Assembly (NCBI GenBank): GCA_964007735.1 | Contig: CAXGAI010000005.1 | Span: 1-64,000 of the forward strand | Direction of reading: 5' to 3' | Length of the DNA: 64,000 nt | Origin: an uncultured Rhodopirellula sp. | GTDB lineage: Bacteria; Planctomycetota; Planctomycetia; Pirellulales; Pirellulaceae | Shown: in pieces, positions 1-10,096 of the stretch | Layout: each line of letters starts with the position of its first letter | Numbering within the stretch: the first letter of the stretch is position 1 | Notes under the pieces: model-generated | Databases searched by the model: none | Told to the model about the DNA's origin: nothing | The model's input: only the letters and a program-made list of their open reading frames with translations | Position numbers and translations under genes: made by a program

Positions 1-50
1 GGCGTTGGTTCAGGAGCTGGCGTTGGTTCAGGAGCTGGCGTTGGTTCAGG
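1..50. repeat. 18-bp tandem repeat GGCGTTGGTTCAGGAGCT (about 2.8 copies visible) encoding the PEPTPA linker of E2
   Basis: Direct read of bases 1-50. Confidence 0.9.
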
Positions 51-320
51 CTCAGCAGCCGGAGTTTCTATGGCAGGTGTGTCTCCACCTTCAACGGTAA
101 TTAGAATTGCTCCAATATTCACCGTCTGGCCAGGTTCGACGTCGACACTGACGACCGTTCCGGAGACAGTTGCTGGAACAGGAACCGACGCTTTGTCGGT
201 TTCTACTTCTACGATGTCATCACCTTCGGAAACGGTGTCTCCAACGCTAATGAATACTTCTAAGATGTCTCCGGACTCGATTCCGTCGCCAAGTTCAGGG
301 AGTGTAATTTCAGTGGCCAT
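1..320 (-). CDS. aceF: Pyruvate dehydrogenase E2 (dihydrolipoamide acetyltransferase), N-terminal part; runs off window edge
   Basis: Manual minus-strand translation from ATG at 320 gives MATEITLPELGDGIESGDILEVFISVGDTV...VEVETDKASVPVPA, a lipoyl domain with the DKA lysine, followed by a Pro/Glu/Thr/Ala linker. Lies downstream of aceE. Confidence 0.93.
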   Translation of the reverse strand, partial: MATEITLPELGDGIESGDILEVFISVGDTVSEGDDIVEVETDKASVPVPATVSGTVVSVDVEPGQTVNIGAILITVEGGDTPAIETPAAEPEPTPAPEPTPAPEPT

Positions 321-362
321 GTTTTGTATGAAACTTCTAAGGTAAAGAAGAATGTTGTTTAG

Positions 363-3077
363 TTACGCGTAAAGTGGGCTGACCTTGTCCGGGTTGATTC
401 CTAGGTCTTTAACGGCATCGGCAAGTTTGCTTTCGTCAAAGTCTCCCGCTTTCGCCAGTTGTGTCAGGGCAGCTAAGGCGATGTGTTTACCATCAACTTC
501 GAAGTGATCTCGCAGAGTTTCACGAGTTTCACTGCGTCCCATCCCGTCTGTTCCTAGTACGAAGTATTCACCAGGAATCCAGGGAGCGATTTGTTCACCA
601 ACAGCTCGTACGTAGTCTGACGAAGAAATGAACGGTCCTTGTTCTTTCTTCAGTGCCTCTTCGAGATAGGAAGTCTTTGGTTTTTCGTTCGGATGAAGTC
701 GATTCCAACGTTCGCATTCCTGAGCTTCACGACGGAGTTGGGTATAGCTGGTTACGCTCCATACCTTACTTCCAATCCCAAATTTTTCACTGAGAATCTG
801 TTGGGCATCATTGGCAGACCGTAGGATAGCCCCGCTACCAAACAACTGAACGTTTGGCTTCCCCTTGTCAGCTTTGACCGGGTCAAAATTGTAAATGCCT
901 TTTACGATACCTTCCTCAACTCCATCAGGCATTGCAGGCATGACATAGTTTTCGTTTTCGGCAGTAATATAGTAAATCGCTGTTTCGTCTTCCTGATACA
1001 GTTTCTTCATGCCTTCAAGCACGATGACAGCTGTTTCATAAGCGTAGGCAGGATCGTAGGAGCGGACGGTGGGGAAAGCGATTGTATTAAGCAGGCTGTG
1101 TCCGTCCTGATGCTGTAGGCCTTCGCCATTAAGCGTCGTTCGTCCGGCAGTACCACCAATCATAAAACCCTTCACTCGAGTATCGGCGGCAGCCCAAATC
1201 AGGTCACCGATTCGCTGTAGGCCAAACATACTGTAATAGATGAAGAACGGTATCATGTTAATTCCGTGTTGGGCATAGGAATTACCCGCCGCGATGAAAG
1301 AGGACATACTTCCCGCTTCGGTAATGCCTTCTTCCAGAATCTGTCCGTCCCGTGCTTCTTTGTAGTACAGCAGTAGCTCCGAGTCGACCGGATCATAGAG
1401 TTGTCCGGCGTGCGCATAAATTCCAACTTGTCGGAACATTCCTTCCATCCCAAAGGTACGTGCCTCATCAGGGACGATTGGTACGATGTATTTACCGATT
1501 TGTTTATCGCGACAAAGCTTGGTGAGCAGACGTACGAAGCCCATTGTGGTGGACATTTCTTTGCCTTTACTGTCACCGAGCATGTCTTTGTAGTCTTCCA
1601 GAGATGGAATGTAATCCATTTTAGGAGCTGTTTTTGGACGAGCTGGAAGTGGTCCTCCAAGCGTGTCACGACGTTCTGCCAGGTAGTTTAGTTCGACACT
1701 GCCGTCAGCAGGTTTGTAGAACGGAGCGTTGGCAACATCATCGTCGGAAATAGGAATCCCGAATCGACTTCGGAATTCCAGCAGTTCCTGTTCATTAAGT
1801 TTCTTCTGGTTATGAGCAACGTTTCGGCCTTCTCCAGCTTCACCCAAGCCATACCCCTTAATAGTCTTCGCCAGGATGACAGTTGGCTTGTCGGTGCTTT
1901 CCATTGCCGCTTTGTATGCGGTATAGACTTTTTTCGGATCGTGGCCGCCACGATTGAGAGATTCTAATTGATCGTCCGAGTAGTTCTTTACAAGATCGAG
2001 TAATTCCGGATATTTGCCAAAGAAGTGCTCGCGAATATACGAACCCGGCATCCCGGTGTATTTTTGGTACTGACCGTCCACGACTTCATTCATGCGTTTA
2101 GCTAGCACGCCTGTCTTGTCTTTCGCCAGCAGGTCATCCCAGTCGCTACCCCAGATGACCTTAATGACATTCCAACCCGCACCCCGGAACGCGGCTTCCA
2201 GTTCTTGAATGATCTTGCCATTACCTCGAACAGGGCCGTCGAGTCGTTGTAGGTTACAGTTGATAACCCAGATAAGGTTGTTCAGCTTTTCACGAGAGGC
2301 GAGTGTGATTGCTCCGAGTGTTTCCGGTTCGTCCGTTTCACCATCACCCAGAAATGCCCAGACTTTAGTGTTCGATGTATCTTTGATCCCACGGTCACGC
2401 AGGTATTCATTGAAACGAGCCTGATAAATGGACATGATTGGCCCAAGTCCCATTGATACGGTCGGGAACTCCCAAAATTCTTCCATCAACCAAGGGTGAG
2501 GGTAAGACGAGAGTCCTTGTACGTCGCGAAGTTCACGACGGAAGTGTTCCAGATTTTCTTCTTGTAAACGACCTTCGAGGAATGCGCGGGAGTAGATTCC
2601 GGGAGAAGCATGCCCCTGGAAGTAAACTTGGTCCCCATCATAGCCAGATTCACCACGACCTTTGAAGAAGTGATTAAAGGCGACTTCGTAAAGTGTCGCT
2701 GCAGAGGCAAAGGTTGAGATATGACCACCGACCCCCGGGAATTTCTTGTTGGCCTGCTGCACCATCGCCATCGCGTTCCAGCGGATAATACTCTTAATTC
2801 GTCGCTCGATTTCCCGGTTGCCGGGATAAGCAGGTTGCTGATCGGGTGGGATCGTATTGATGTAAGGAGTGTTCGAAGCAATCGGTAGATCCACACCGTT
2901 ACGACGAGCCGTGCTGTCAAGCACGTTCAACAAGTATTGAACACGTTCCGTGCCGGCTGATTGCAATACGTATTCAAGAGAATCAACCCATTCCTGAGTT
3001 TCAGCGGGGTTAGAATCGACCTGATTGGCCACGGCAGGCTCTTCAGAAGCTTGGGAAGCTGTCTTCGCTTCGGACAT
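363..3077 (-). CDS. aceE: Pyruvate dehydrogenase E1, homodimeric type
   Basis: Motifs GGHISTFASAATLYEV, YFQGHASPG, FPTVSMGLGP, GDGETDEPE (TPP site) and GEGLQHQDG. Start placed at MSEAK (3077); the ORF track extends to 3116. Confidence 0.97.
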   Translation of the reverse strand: MSEAKTASQASEEPAVANQVDSNPAETQEWVDSLEYVLQSAGTERVQYLLNVLDSTARRNGVDLPIASNTPYINTIPPDQQPAYPGNREIERRIKSIIRWNAMAMVQQANKKFPGVGGHISTFASAATLYEVAFNHFFKGRGESGYDGDQVYFQGHASPGIYSRAFLEGRLQEENLEHFRRELRDVQGLSSYPHPWLMEEFWEFPTVSMGLGPIMSIYQARFNEYLRDRGIKDTSNTKVWAFLGDGETDEPETLGAITLASREKLNNLIWVINCNLQRLDGPVRGNGKIIQELEAAFRGAGWNVIKVIWGSDWDDLLAKDKTGVLAKRMNEVVDGQYQKYTGMPGSYIREHFFGKYPELLDLVKNYSDDQLESLNRGGHDPKKVYTAYKAAMESTDKPTVILAKTIKGYGLGEAGEGRNVAHNQKKLNEQELLEFRSRFGIPISDDDVANAPFYKPADGSVELNYLAERRDTLGGPLPARPKTAPKMDYIPSLEDYKDMLGDSKGKEMSTTMGFVRLLTKLCRDKQIGKYIVPIVPDEARTFGMEGMFRQVGIYAHAGQLYDPVDSELLLYYKEARDGQILEEGITEAGSMSSFIAAGNSYAQHGINMIPFFIYYSMFGLQRIGDLIWAAADTRVKGFMIGGTAGRTTLNGEGLQHQDGHSLLNTIAFPTVRSYDPAYAYETAVIVLEGMKKLYQEDETAIYYITAENENYVMPAMPDGVEEGIVKGIYNFDPVKADKGKPNVQLFGSGAILRSANDAQQILSEKFGIGSKVWSVTSYTQLRREAQECERWNRLHPNEKPKTSYLEEALKKEQGPFISSSDYVRAVGEQIAPWIPGEYFVLGTDGMGRSETRETLRDHFEVDGKHIALAALTQLAKAGDFDESKLADAVKDLGINPDKVSPLYA

Positions 3078-3348
3078 TCGACTATACCTTACACGTTTTA
3101 TTGGATAACGAGCCAAGCTAAGTTGGACTCATGTTGAATTCAAAAAACTTCGTAATATCGACGGAAAGATTTACCTTCGATATCCAATTATCATACCCTC
3201 TTTGCGGTAGTTTTGTTTAGAGGGGAATTGGTATATCGACCGGTCAGAGTCGGGAAAATAGAGAAAAGAAAGGAACAACCCGACAATTAAGGGAAATTCA
3301 ACAACAGCCAATGACCGATTGGCAAGGAAGAATGACCATGGTCAATCG

Positions 3349-4773
3349 CTATTTTTTTCGTGGCTTGTACATCTCTACGGCAGTACCGTAATAGATTTCA
3401 CCAGCATTCATGATGGTTTCACTGAGCGTTGGATGCGGATGAATTGATTCGGTGAGATCTTCCACTTCACATCCCATTTCAATTGCCAGCACAACTTCGG
3501 CAATTAATTCACCAGCTCCGGGCCCTACCATACCACAACCAAGCACTCGGTTGGTTGCCGGATCAATTAGTAACTTTGTGAGGCCTTCAGTGCGGCCTAG
3601 TGCTTGGGCACGTCCGCTGGCTGCCCAGGGATAGCTGGCGATTTCATAAGCCACACTATTGATTTTCGCTTCGTTTTCAGTCAGGCCGGCCCATGCGATT
3701 TCCGGGTCAGTGAACATAACAGCTGGAATGCATTTGTGATCCCAGACTTCATCGTGCCCAGCAATATTGGCAACCGCGATTTTGGCTTCATGCGTCGCTT
3801 TGTGAGCGAGCATCGGATCACCGGCGATATCACCGATGGCATAGATGTTTGGATCAGCGGTGAGTTGGCGAGCATCGCAGCCGACAAATCCCCGGTCGTT
3901 TACTTTGACCTGAGTGTTCTCGAGACCCAGATTTTGTGAGTTTGGACGCCGACCAACGGATACCAATACTCGGTCATATCGACGAGTGTCATAAAGTGCT
4001 GGTCCTTCGAAGGTAACTTCAACCTGATCATCGATGATCGTCAGCGAACCAACTTTAGTATTGGTATAAATTCGCTCATCGAACAACTCATCCAGCTTTT
4101 TGCGAAGCGGCTTGATGATATCCCGGTCAGCCATGGGAACTAGACCGTCTGCAAATTCGACGACAGAGACTTCGGTGCCCAGATTGGCGTAGACAGTCCC
4201 CATTTCCAGACCGATGTAGCCTCCCCCAATCACAAGCATCGATTTCGGAATATCGACTAGTGCCAGAGCTCCTGTGGAGTCCATGACGCGATCAGAATCG
4301 AGTTTCCAGGGGCCCGGCATCGCTGGTGAGGAACCTGTAGCCAGAATACATTTATCGAAGGTTAACCGGCCTCCTTCTGGAATCGAATCGTCATCCCCCT
4401 CTAGCAGAAGAGTGGTCGAGTTTTCGAATGTACCTCGCGCGGTAATCACATTTACCTTTCGGCGTTTGGCCAATTGGCCGAGTCCGCCCGAAAGAGTGGA
4501 TATGACTTTGTCCTTGCGAGTTCGAACTTTATCAATATCGATCGCAGGTTCGGAGTATGATACGCCCCAGTCGCTTGTCAGTTCTTCTACTTCACTCATC
4601 ACGTTCGCAACGTGAAGCAGTGCTTTGGAAGGAATGCAACCACGCAGCAAACAGGTACCGCCAAGACGGGACTCCATTTCTACGAGTGTAACTTCGAGTC
4701 CCTGATCGGCTGCCATGAATGCCGCAGCGTAACCACCTGGACCTCCACCGAGTACAACAACGGGAGCGTGCAT
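3349..4773 (-). CDS. lpdA: Dihydrolipoamide dehydrogenase (E3)
   Basis: GGGPGGY FAD motif, GGTCLLRGCIPSK redox disulfide and HPHPTLSE. Start placed at MHAPVV (4773), 7 nt after the rpsD stop. Confidence 0.96.
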   Translation of the reverse strand: MHAPVVVLGGGPGGYAAAFMAADQGLEVTLVEMESRLGGTCLLRGCIPSKALLHVANVMSEVEELTSDWGVSYSEPAIDIDKVRTRKDKVISTLSGGLGQLAKRRKVNVITARGTFENSTTLLLEGDDDSIPEGGRLTFDKCILATGSSPAMPGPWKLDSDRVMDSTGALALVDIPKSMLVIGGGYIGLEMGTVYANLGTEVSVVEFADGLVPMADRDIIKPLRKKLDELFDERIYTNTKVGSLTIIDDQVEVTFEGPALYDTRRYDRVLVSVGRRPNSQNLGLENTQVKVNDRGFVGCDARQLTADPNIYAIGDIAGDPMLAHKATHEAKIAVANIAGHDEVWDHKCIPAVMFTDPEIAWAGLTENEAKINSVAYEIASYPWAASGRAQALGRTEGLTKLLIDPATNRVLGCGMVGPGAGELIAEVVLAIEMGCEVEDLTESIHPHPTLSETIMNAGEIYYGTAVEMYKPRKK

Positions 4774-4780
4774 AGGATTC

Positions 4781-5389
4781 CTATCGAGACATAAATTCGA
4801 CGACCGTGTTACCATCTACGGGTAAGCTGATGTCGGAAGCACCGGGGTTACCAGCAACAGTGATTCGCAGTGTTTCTGTATCGGCTGCAAGCCAGTCACA
4901 GGGTTCGCCTATGGCCAGACTACAAGTACCTTGATACATCTTCAGGAGATTGTTGCGGCGACGAACGGTAATGACATCACCCGCTCGTACCTGATAGGAA
5001 GGTTTGTTGGTGCGAACACCGTTGACTAGGAAGTGACCGTGAACCACACCCTGACGGGCCTGCGGACGAGTGAGTGCGAAACCGGCACGACGAACCACGT
5101 TGTCCAGCCGTCGTTCGCAGTGTAGCAACAGCAATTCCCCAGTGTTGCCCTTCTTACGAGTTACATCGTTAAAGTAACGGCGTAGCTGGCGTTCACCGAT
5201 GCCATAGTAATGCTTAATTTTTTGCTTTTCTTGTAAACCCTGACCGTAATTAGAGGGGCGGCGTGGGCGAGTGTGCATCCCCGGAGGTGAGGGACGACGG
5301 TCAAATGCACGTGCGGAACCTGCATCTTCATAAACGAGTGTACCGAGGCGACGGTTAACTCGAGCTTTTGCACCTGTATAGCGTGCCAT
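4781..5389 (-). CDS. rpsD: 30S ribosomal protein S4 (type lacking the zinc-ribbon cysteines)
   Basis: MARYTG start, LQEKQKIKHYYG, ERRLDNVV, ARQGVVHGHFLVNG and PSYQV. Confidence 0.97.
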   Translation of the reverse strand: MARYTGAKARVNRRLGTLVYEDAGSARAFDRRPSPPGMHTRPRRPSNYGQGLQEKQKIKHYYGIGERQLRRYFNDVTRKKGNTGELLLLHCERRLDNVVRRAGFALTRPQARQGVVHGHFLVNGVRTNKPSYQVRAGDVITVRRRNNLLKMYQGTCSLAIGEPCDWLAADTETLRITVAGNPGASDISLPVDGNTVVEFMSR

Positions 5390-5864
5390 AACGATGTCTC
5401 CTATTGGGTTGTTTCAGAGGGCCAAGAACTAGTTCCCTGATCTTCTGATTGGGCGGCCGACGCATCGTCTGTCTGTTCAATGCCACCCATGGAGGTAAAT
5501 CAAATAAGTTGTAAACAATTATCATGAGCCTATTGTCACGCATCCTCAAGGGGGAAACTTGAAAACTCCGGATTTACATGGTTAAACATGGTTTTACGTG
5601 GTTTTACTGGGTGCTTGACTCTCCAGAACACCGGAATCATCCTCTGAATCATTGATTTTACCAAATCGCAAAACCAATATTTGCTCGCCTAAGCAGTCTT
5701 TCCGAGCGTTTGATTTTTTGTGATAATAAGAAAGTAAGGAGTCCGCCATTTTTTGGATGCTTTAATTCCTACCGGAGCGTAATTCCCCGTTCCTTTTAAA
5801 TATTCCTACCCACCCTAGCAAACTACGGTCCAAAGCATTAGCAAGGCCAGTTTTCACTGAGAAC

Positions 5865-7475
5865 ATGAAGAAGTACTTGTTGTTAATTGTCTCGTTGGTT
5901 CTTGCAGGTTACATGCAGCCAGCTTTGAAAGCTCAGGATTTACTACCTCCTGAAACCACCATTGAACAGGCGGTAGATCATTACATTCAGGCCGAGCAGG
6001 CTACGGGCAATATCGCCTCCGCTCCGCAAGTGGATGACTACATTTTGTTACGACGGACAATGCTTGATCTGATAGGTCGTATTCCAACGGTGGCTGAAGT
6101 TGAGGCATATGTGGCTGACGAAGATCCGGAGAAACGAGTGAAGCTGGTGGATCACTTAATGCAGCAACCGGAATTTATAGAACAGCTTGCTTATGACCTT
6201 AATAATATCCTGGCGCCTGCCGGGAAGACGGATCTGGAATTGTATCTGGCTGATGCACTGAATAACCGCAAAGGCTGGGATAATATCTTTGCCGACATGA
6301 TTTACGGTAACTATGAGGAAGAGATGCCGAAACAGGCAATGCAATTTGTTAATCTTCGGATCAATGACATTGATAACCTTACCAATGCTACTAGTGCCCT
6401 TTTCTTCGGCGTTAATATAAGCTGTGCAAAATGTCACGATCACCCCTTGGTGTCTGAATGGACTCAAGCCCATTTCTACGGAATGAAGTCCTTTTTTAAC
6501 CGCTCGTTTTCCAATGGTGACTTTGTTGCCGAGCGTGCCTATGGTGCCATTAAGTATGCCAATACAAACGGGGAGCAACTTGATGCAAAACTGATGTTCC
6601 TGACTGGTAGTGTTATTGAAGAGCCCGAGCCTGTTGTGCTGGACGATGAGGCCAAGAAGAAAGAGAAGGCTGAGCTCGAACAGTTGAAGAAAGATAAGAA
6701 ACCAGCTCCGGCACCGGAGTTTAGCCGCCGGGCCCAGCTGATTGAGATTGCACTTCGTGAAAATGATCGTGATTATTTTTCCAAGAACCTGGTAAATCGC
6801 ATGTGGAATCGAATTTACGGTCACGGCTTAGTCATGCCGCTGGACCAAATGCATCCGGAGAACCCACCAAGTCACCCTGACCTGCTGGATTGGCTAGCTC
6901 GTGATACGTACACCAATGACTACAATCTCCAGCGATTAGTTCGTGGTCTGATTCTTTCTAAAACTTATAGCCAGCACAGTGTTTACGGTGGTGAGAAACG
7001 CCCAGCTAAATTCTGGTTCGCGACAGCTAATGTGAAACCAATGTCGCCTCGGCAGTACGCTGCCGCTCTGGCGTTGGCGTCACGCAATCCTGCTCACTTT
7101 GATGATCCCAATGAAGCGGTTAGCCGTATCCAAAACGAAGTGAAAGCTCACCGTGGATGGGAAAGGAAATTTGTCGTGCCGGGTGAGAAGTTTCAGGTAA
7201 GCGTTGACGAAGCTTTGCTTTTCAGTAACGCCGACGAGTTTAAGGATAAGACCAAAGTGGCTAACGACCGTTTGGGCGGAGAGTTAGCTGCGATTGAATC
7301 CAATGAAGCATTGGTTCAAAGAGCGATTAAAACGGTTTATTCACGGCCTGCAACTGCAGAGGAACTGGAAGCTATTTCAGCCTACATAGCTGCTAGGAGT
7401 GATCGTCGTGAAGAAGCGATTTCGCAGATTGTATGGGCTTTACTGACTAGCAGTGAATTGCGTTTCAATCACTAA
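5865..7475 (+). CDS. Exported DUF1549/DUF1553 (PSD1/PSCyt2-type) planctomycete protein with CxxCH
   Basis: Signal peptide; LRRTMLDLIGRIPT, CAKCHDHP, VNRMW..G.GLV, NPPSHPDLLDWLA and C-terminal WALLTSSELRFNH. Confidence 0.9.
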   Translation: MKKYLLLIVSLVLAGYMQPALKAQDLLPPETTIEQAVDHYIQAEQATGNIASAPQVDDYILLRRTMLDLIGRIPTVAEVEAYVADEDPEKRVKLVDHLMQQPEFIEQLAYDLNNILAPAGKTDLELYLADALNNRKGWDNIFADMIYGNYEEEMPKQAMQFVNLRINDIDNLTNATSALFFGVNISCAKCHDHPLVSEWTQAHFYGMKSFFNRSFSNGDFVAERAYGAIKYANTNGEQLDAKLMFLTGSVIEEPEPVVLDDEAKKKEKAELEQLKKDKKPAPAPEFSRRAQLIEIALRENDRDYFSKNLVNRMWNRIYGHGLVMPLDQMHPENPPSHPDLLDWLARDTYTNDYNLQRLVRGLILSKTYSQHSVYGGEKRPAKFWFATANVKPMSPRQYAAALALASRNPAHFDDPNEAVSRIQNEVKAHRGWERKFVVPGEKFQVSVDEALLFSNADEFKDKTKVANDRLGGELAAIESNEALVQRAIKTVYSRPATAEELEAISAYIAARSDRREEAISQIVWALLTSSELRFNH

Positions 7476-7595
7476 ACGCTGATTTCGTTGTTGATAAGGT
7501 TTTTAGTGATTTTGCGAACCGATAGTTATAATAGAAATAAGAATAATTGAAGCCCCGAAGCTTGACTCATGTTTGATAGAAAAATTGGAGTGGAC

Positions 7596-8867
7596 ATGTC
7601 TGTGAACACTGATCGCCGAGGATTTCTGAGTGGTGCCACCGCTGCCGGTTTAGCTGCTAGTTCTATGAACCTGGATATTCTGAAAGCCGAGTCGCTTTCC
7701 AACGAGCTCAAAAAGAGTGGTAAGCGAGTCTTGTTGTTGTGGCTGGCTGGTGGCGCTAGTCAGCTTGAAACATGGGATCCCAAGCCGGGTCGTTTGACCG
7801 GTGGTCCCTATCAGGCTATTCAGACCAGCTTACCAGGGGTTCAGATTTCTGAGCTGATGCCTAAGATGGCTACTCGCCTGCACAATACAGCCATCATCCG
7901 TTCCTTGAACACTCAAATCGGTGACCACGGTGGTGGCGCTCGTTTGATGCATCTTGGTCGACGTGACGAACCCAACCTGAAGTACCCAGACATGGGAAGC
8001 GTGCTCGCTCGTGAACTTGGTCGCCCGGACCTTCAGGTTCCTGACTATGTCTCGTTCTATACGGCGACCGAAGGTCGTGGAAATGCTGTTGGGCAGCCTG
8101 GATTCCTTGGAGCTCGTTATGCTCCAATGTTCTTGACAACAGACAATAAGCCAGCCAACTTGAGTCGTCTCGAAGACATTACCGATCTTGACCACAAAGA
8201 GCGTGCCGACCTGCGGGCTTTATTGAGTAATCGATTTGCAAAAGGTCGTGTTTCAGAATCACTCGGTAGTCATAATGTTGCTTACGGTCGTGTTCGCGGA
8301 TTAATGAGCAGCGAGAAGTTGTTTGATCTGTCTGATGAACCACAGAAAGTAAAAGACCGTTATGGTAAGAGCCTGTTTGCTCAGCAGGCATTGGTTGCTC
8401 GCCGACTGATTGAAGCCGGTACTCCGTTTGTGAAAGTTGCCCGGGCATGGTGGGATAGCCATGGTCAGAATTTTGAGACACATCTCGAATTGGTGACCGA
8501 GCTCGATCATGTGATGTCCACTTTGCTGGAAGATCTGGAAGAACGTGGATTGTTGCAAGATACGCTAGTGGTGACGTTGGCTGAATTTGGACGTACTCCA
8601 ACCATTAATGCAAGTTTGGGACGTGACCACTTTGCACGTGCATGGAGTGCTTCACTGACAGGTTGTGGCATTAAGGGAGGTACTGTTTTTGGTGCCACTG
8701 ATGAAGATGGTCAGCATGTGAAAGATAATGAGATCGGAGCAGCAGAAATGTTTGCCACGATCTATAAGGCGGTAGGTATTGATCCTCATCACGAGTATTT
8801 TGTTGGTGCACGGCCTATTCCACTCGTCGATCCGGGTACTCACGCCGTTGATGAAGTCTTGGCATAA
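7596..8867 (+). CDS. DUF1501 domain protein with Tat-like leader
   Basis: DRRGFL, LWLAGGASQLETWDPKP, WDSH and EFGRTP..N...GRDH; GGAG upstream of ATG 7596. Confidence 0.92.
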   Translation: MSVNTDRRGFLSGATAAGLAASSMNLDILKAESLSNELKKSGKRVLLLWLAGGASQLETWDPKPGRLTGGPYQAIQTSLPGVQISELMPKMATRLHNTAIIRSLNTQIGDHGGGARLMHLGRRDEPNLKYPDMGSVLARELGRPDLQVPDYVSFYTATEGRGNAVGQPGFLGARYAPMFLTTDNKPANLSRLEDITDLDHKERADLRALLSNRFAKGRVSESLGSHNVAYGRVRGLMSSEKLFDLSDEPQKVKDRYGKSLFAQQALVARRLIEAGTPFVKVARAWWDSHGQNFETHLELVTELDHVMSTLLEDLEERGLLQDTLVVTLAEFGRTPTINASLGRDHFARAWSASLTGCGIKGGTVFGATDEDGQHVKDNEIGAAEMFATIYKAVGIDPHHEYFVGARPIPLVDPGTHAVDEVLA

Positions 8868-8928
8868 AAGCACTTAGTTGATTCTTTGCTCATCAATAAA
8901 ACTCAAATTAATAACAGGTTTAAGTAAG

Positions 8929-9978
8929 ATGTTTCAGGCAGATCCCAATAATTTTCGAGAGCTACGGACAACAAGTCGCCCCGACATTATCCTGCGAATG
9001 ACTCGCAATGATGATACCGGTGAAGTTTTTGTTGGCAGTTCTGACGCCAAAGTGTATCAGGTTGATCCGATGGTGGAGCAACCTGAATTCCTGGCAATGG
9101 AAGGGCACACCAGTTATGTCATGGGATTAGTTGATACTGGTAAGTACATTGTTTCAGGGAGTTATGATAAGAGCCTTATTTGGTGGAATAAGGAAACGAA
9201 GCAGCAAGTACGGCGAATTGAAATGGCACATGATCGCTGGATTCGAAATCTAACTACGACTCCTGACAATAAGTTTGTACTTAGCGTGGCAGACGATATG
9301 GTTTGTAAGATCTGGGATGCAGAGACGGGTGATTTGGTTCGTACGCTTGAATCTCATATCAAAGTGACTGAACACGGCTTTCCAAATATGCTTTACGCAG
9401 TGGCCGTATCGCCCGATGGAAAGCTCATTGCCACGGTTGACCGTATTGCCAAGATTAAGCTTTGGGACTTTGAAACCGGTGAAGAGTTGAAAGAGCTTGA
9501 AGCCCCGAAGTGTTATACATGGGATCCCAAAGCCCGCATTCACTCGATTGGTGGTATCCGAAGCGTCACATTCTCACCGGACAGTACGAAAGTTGCTGTT
9601 GGTGGTATTGGTCAGATCGGAAACGTGGATCACCTGGCAGCTGCAGGACGCGTTGAATTATTTGAGGTGGCTTCCGGTGAAAAGCTCCATATGTTCGAAG
9701 GTGATGATAAGCATAAAGGCTTGGTGGAGCAGATCATTTTTCATCCTTCGGGCAAGTGGTTGATGGCTGTAGGTGGTGACCATGGCGGTTGGGTTCAGTT
9801 TTTAGACGTGGAAAAGAAAGAGGTTGTCAAACAACTGAAGGCTCCAATGCACGTCCATCAGATGGTGGTGACTTCTGATTTTAAGATGGCATTTGGCGTG
9901 GGCCATAATCGATTGGCGGTCTGGTCTTTTGAGCCTGAAGAGCCGATGGAAGAAAAAACCGAGGAAGCGGCCGGTTAG
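8929..9978 (+). CDS. WD40-repeat beta-propeller protein
   Basis: GH..YV...SGSYDKSLIWW, KIWDAETG, KLWDFETG and FSPDS repeats. Confidence 0.88.
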   Translation: MFQADPNNFRELRTTSRPDIILRMTRNDDTGEVFVGSSDAKVYQVDPMVEQPEFLAMEGHTSYVMGLVDTGKYIVSGSYDKSLIWWNKETKQQVRRIEMAHDRWIRNLTTTPDNKFVLSVADDMVCKIWDAETGDLVRTLESHIKVTEHGFPNMLYAVAVSPDGKLIATVDRIAKIKLWDFETGEELKELEAPKCYTWDPKARIHSIGGIRSVTFSPDSTKVAVGGIGQIGNVDHLAAAGRVELFEVASGEKLHMFEGDDKHKGLVEQIIFHPSGKWLMAVGGDHGGWVQFLDVEKKEVVKQLKAPMHVHQMVVTSDFKMAFGVGHNRLAVWSFEPEEPMEEKTEEAAG

Positions 9979-9991
9979 TTTTAAAGTTGAT

Positions 9992-10049
9992 AGTTCAATA
10001 AAAGAACCCTCTCAAGGCATTCGTTTTGAGAGGGTTCTTTTATTGAACT
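9992..10049. terminator. Bidirectional intrinsic terminator (24-bp perfect inverted repeat)
   Basis: Arms AGTTCAATAAAAGAACCCTCTCAA and TTGAGAGGGTTCTTTTATTGAACT, separated by a 10-nt loop, between convergent genes. Confidence 0.85.
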
Positions 10050-10096
10050 TAATGCTGCAGGCGAAGGAGCTTGGAGCATTTATCGTAAATTCCCTT

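Noticed and set aside
70..345. Plus-strand 91-aa ORF
   Set aside because: Antisense to the aceF lipoyl domain, which the ORF track missed because it runs off the edge
4774..4815. Long gene overlaps implied by the ORF track (lpdA/rpsD; also 22331 nuoA, 55493 and 57351)
   Set aside because: Downstream in-frame starts, mostly with SD-like sequences, remove the overlaps
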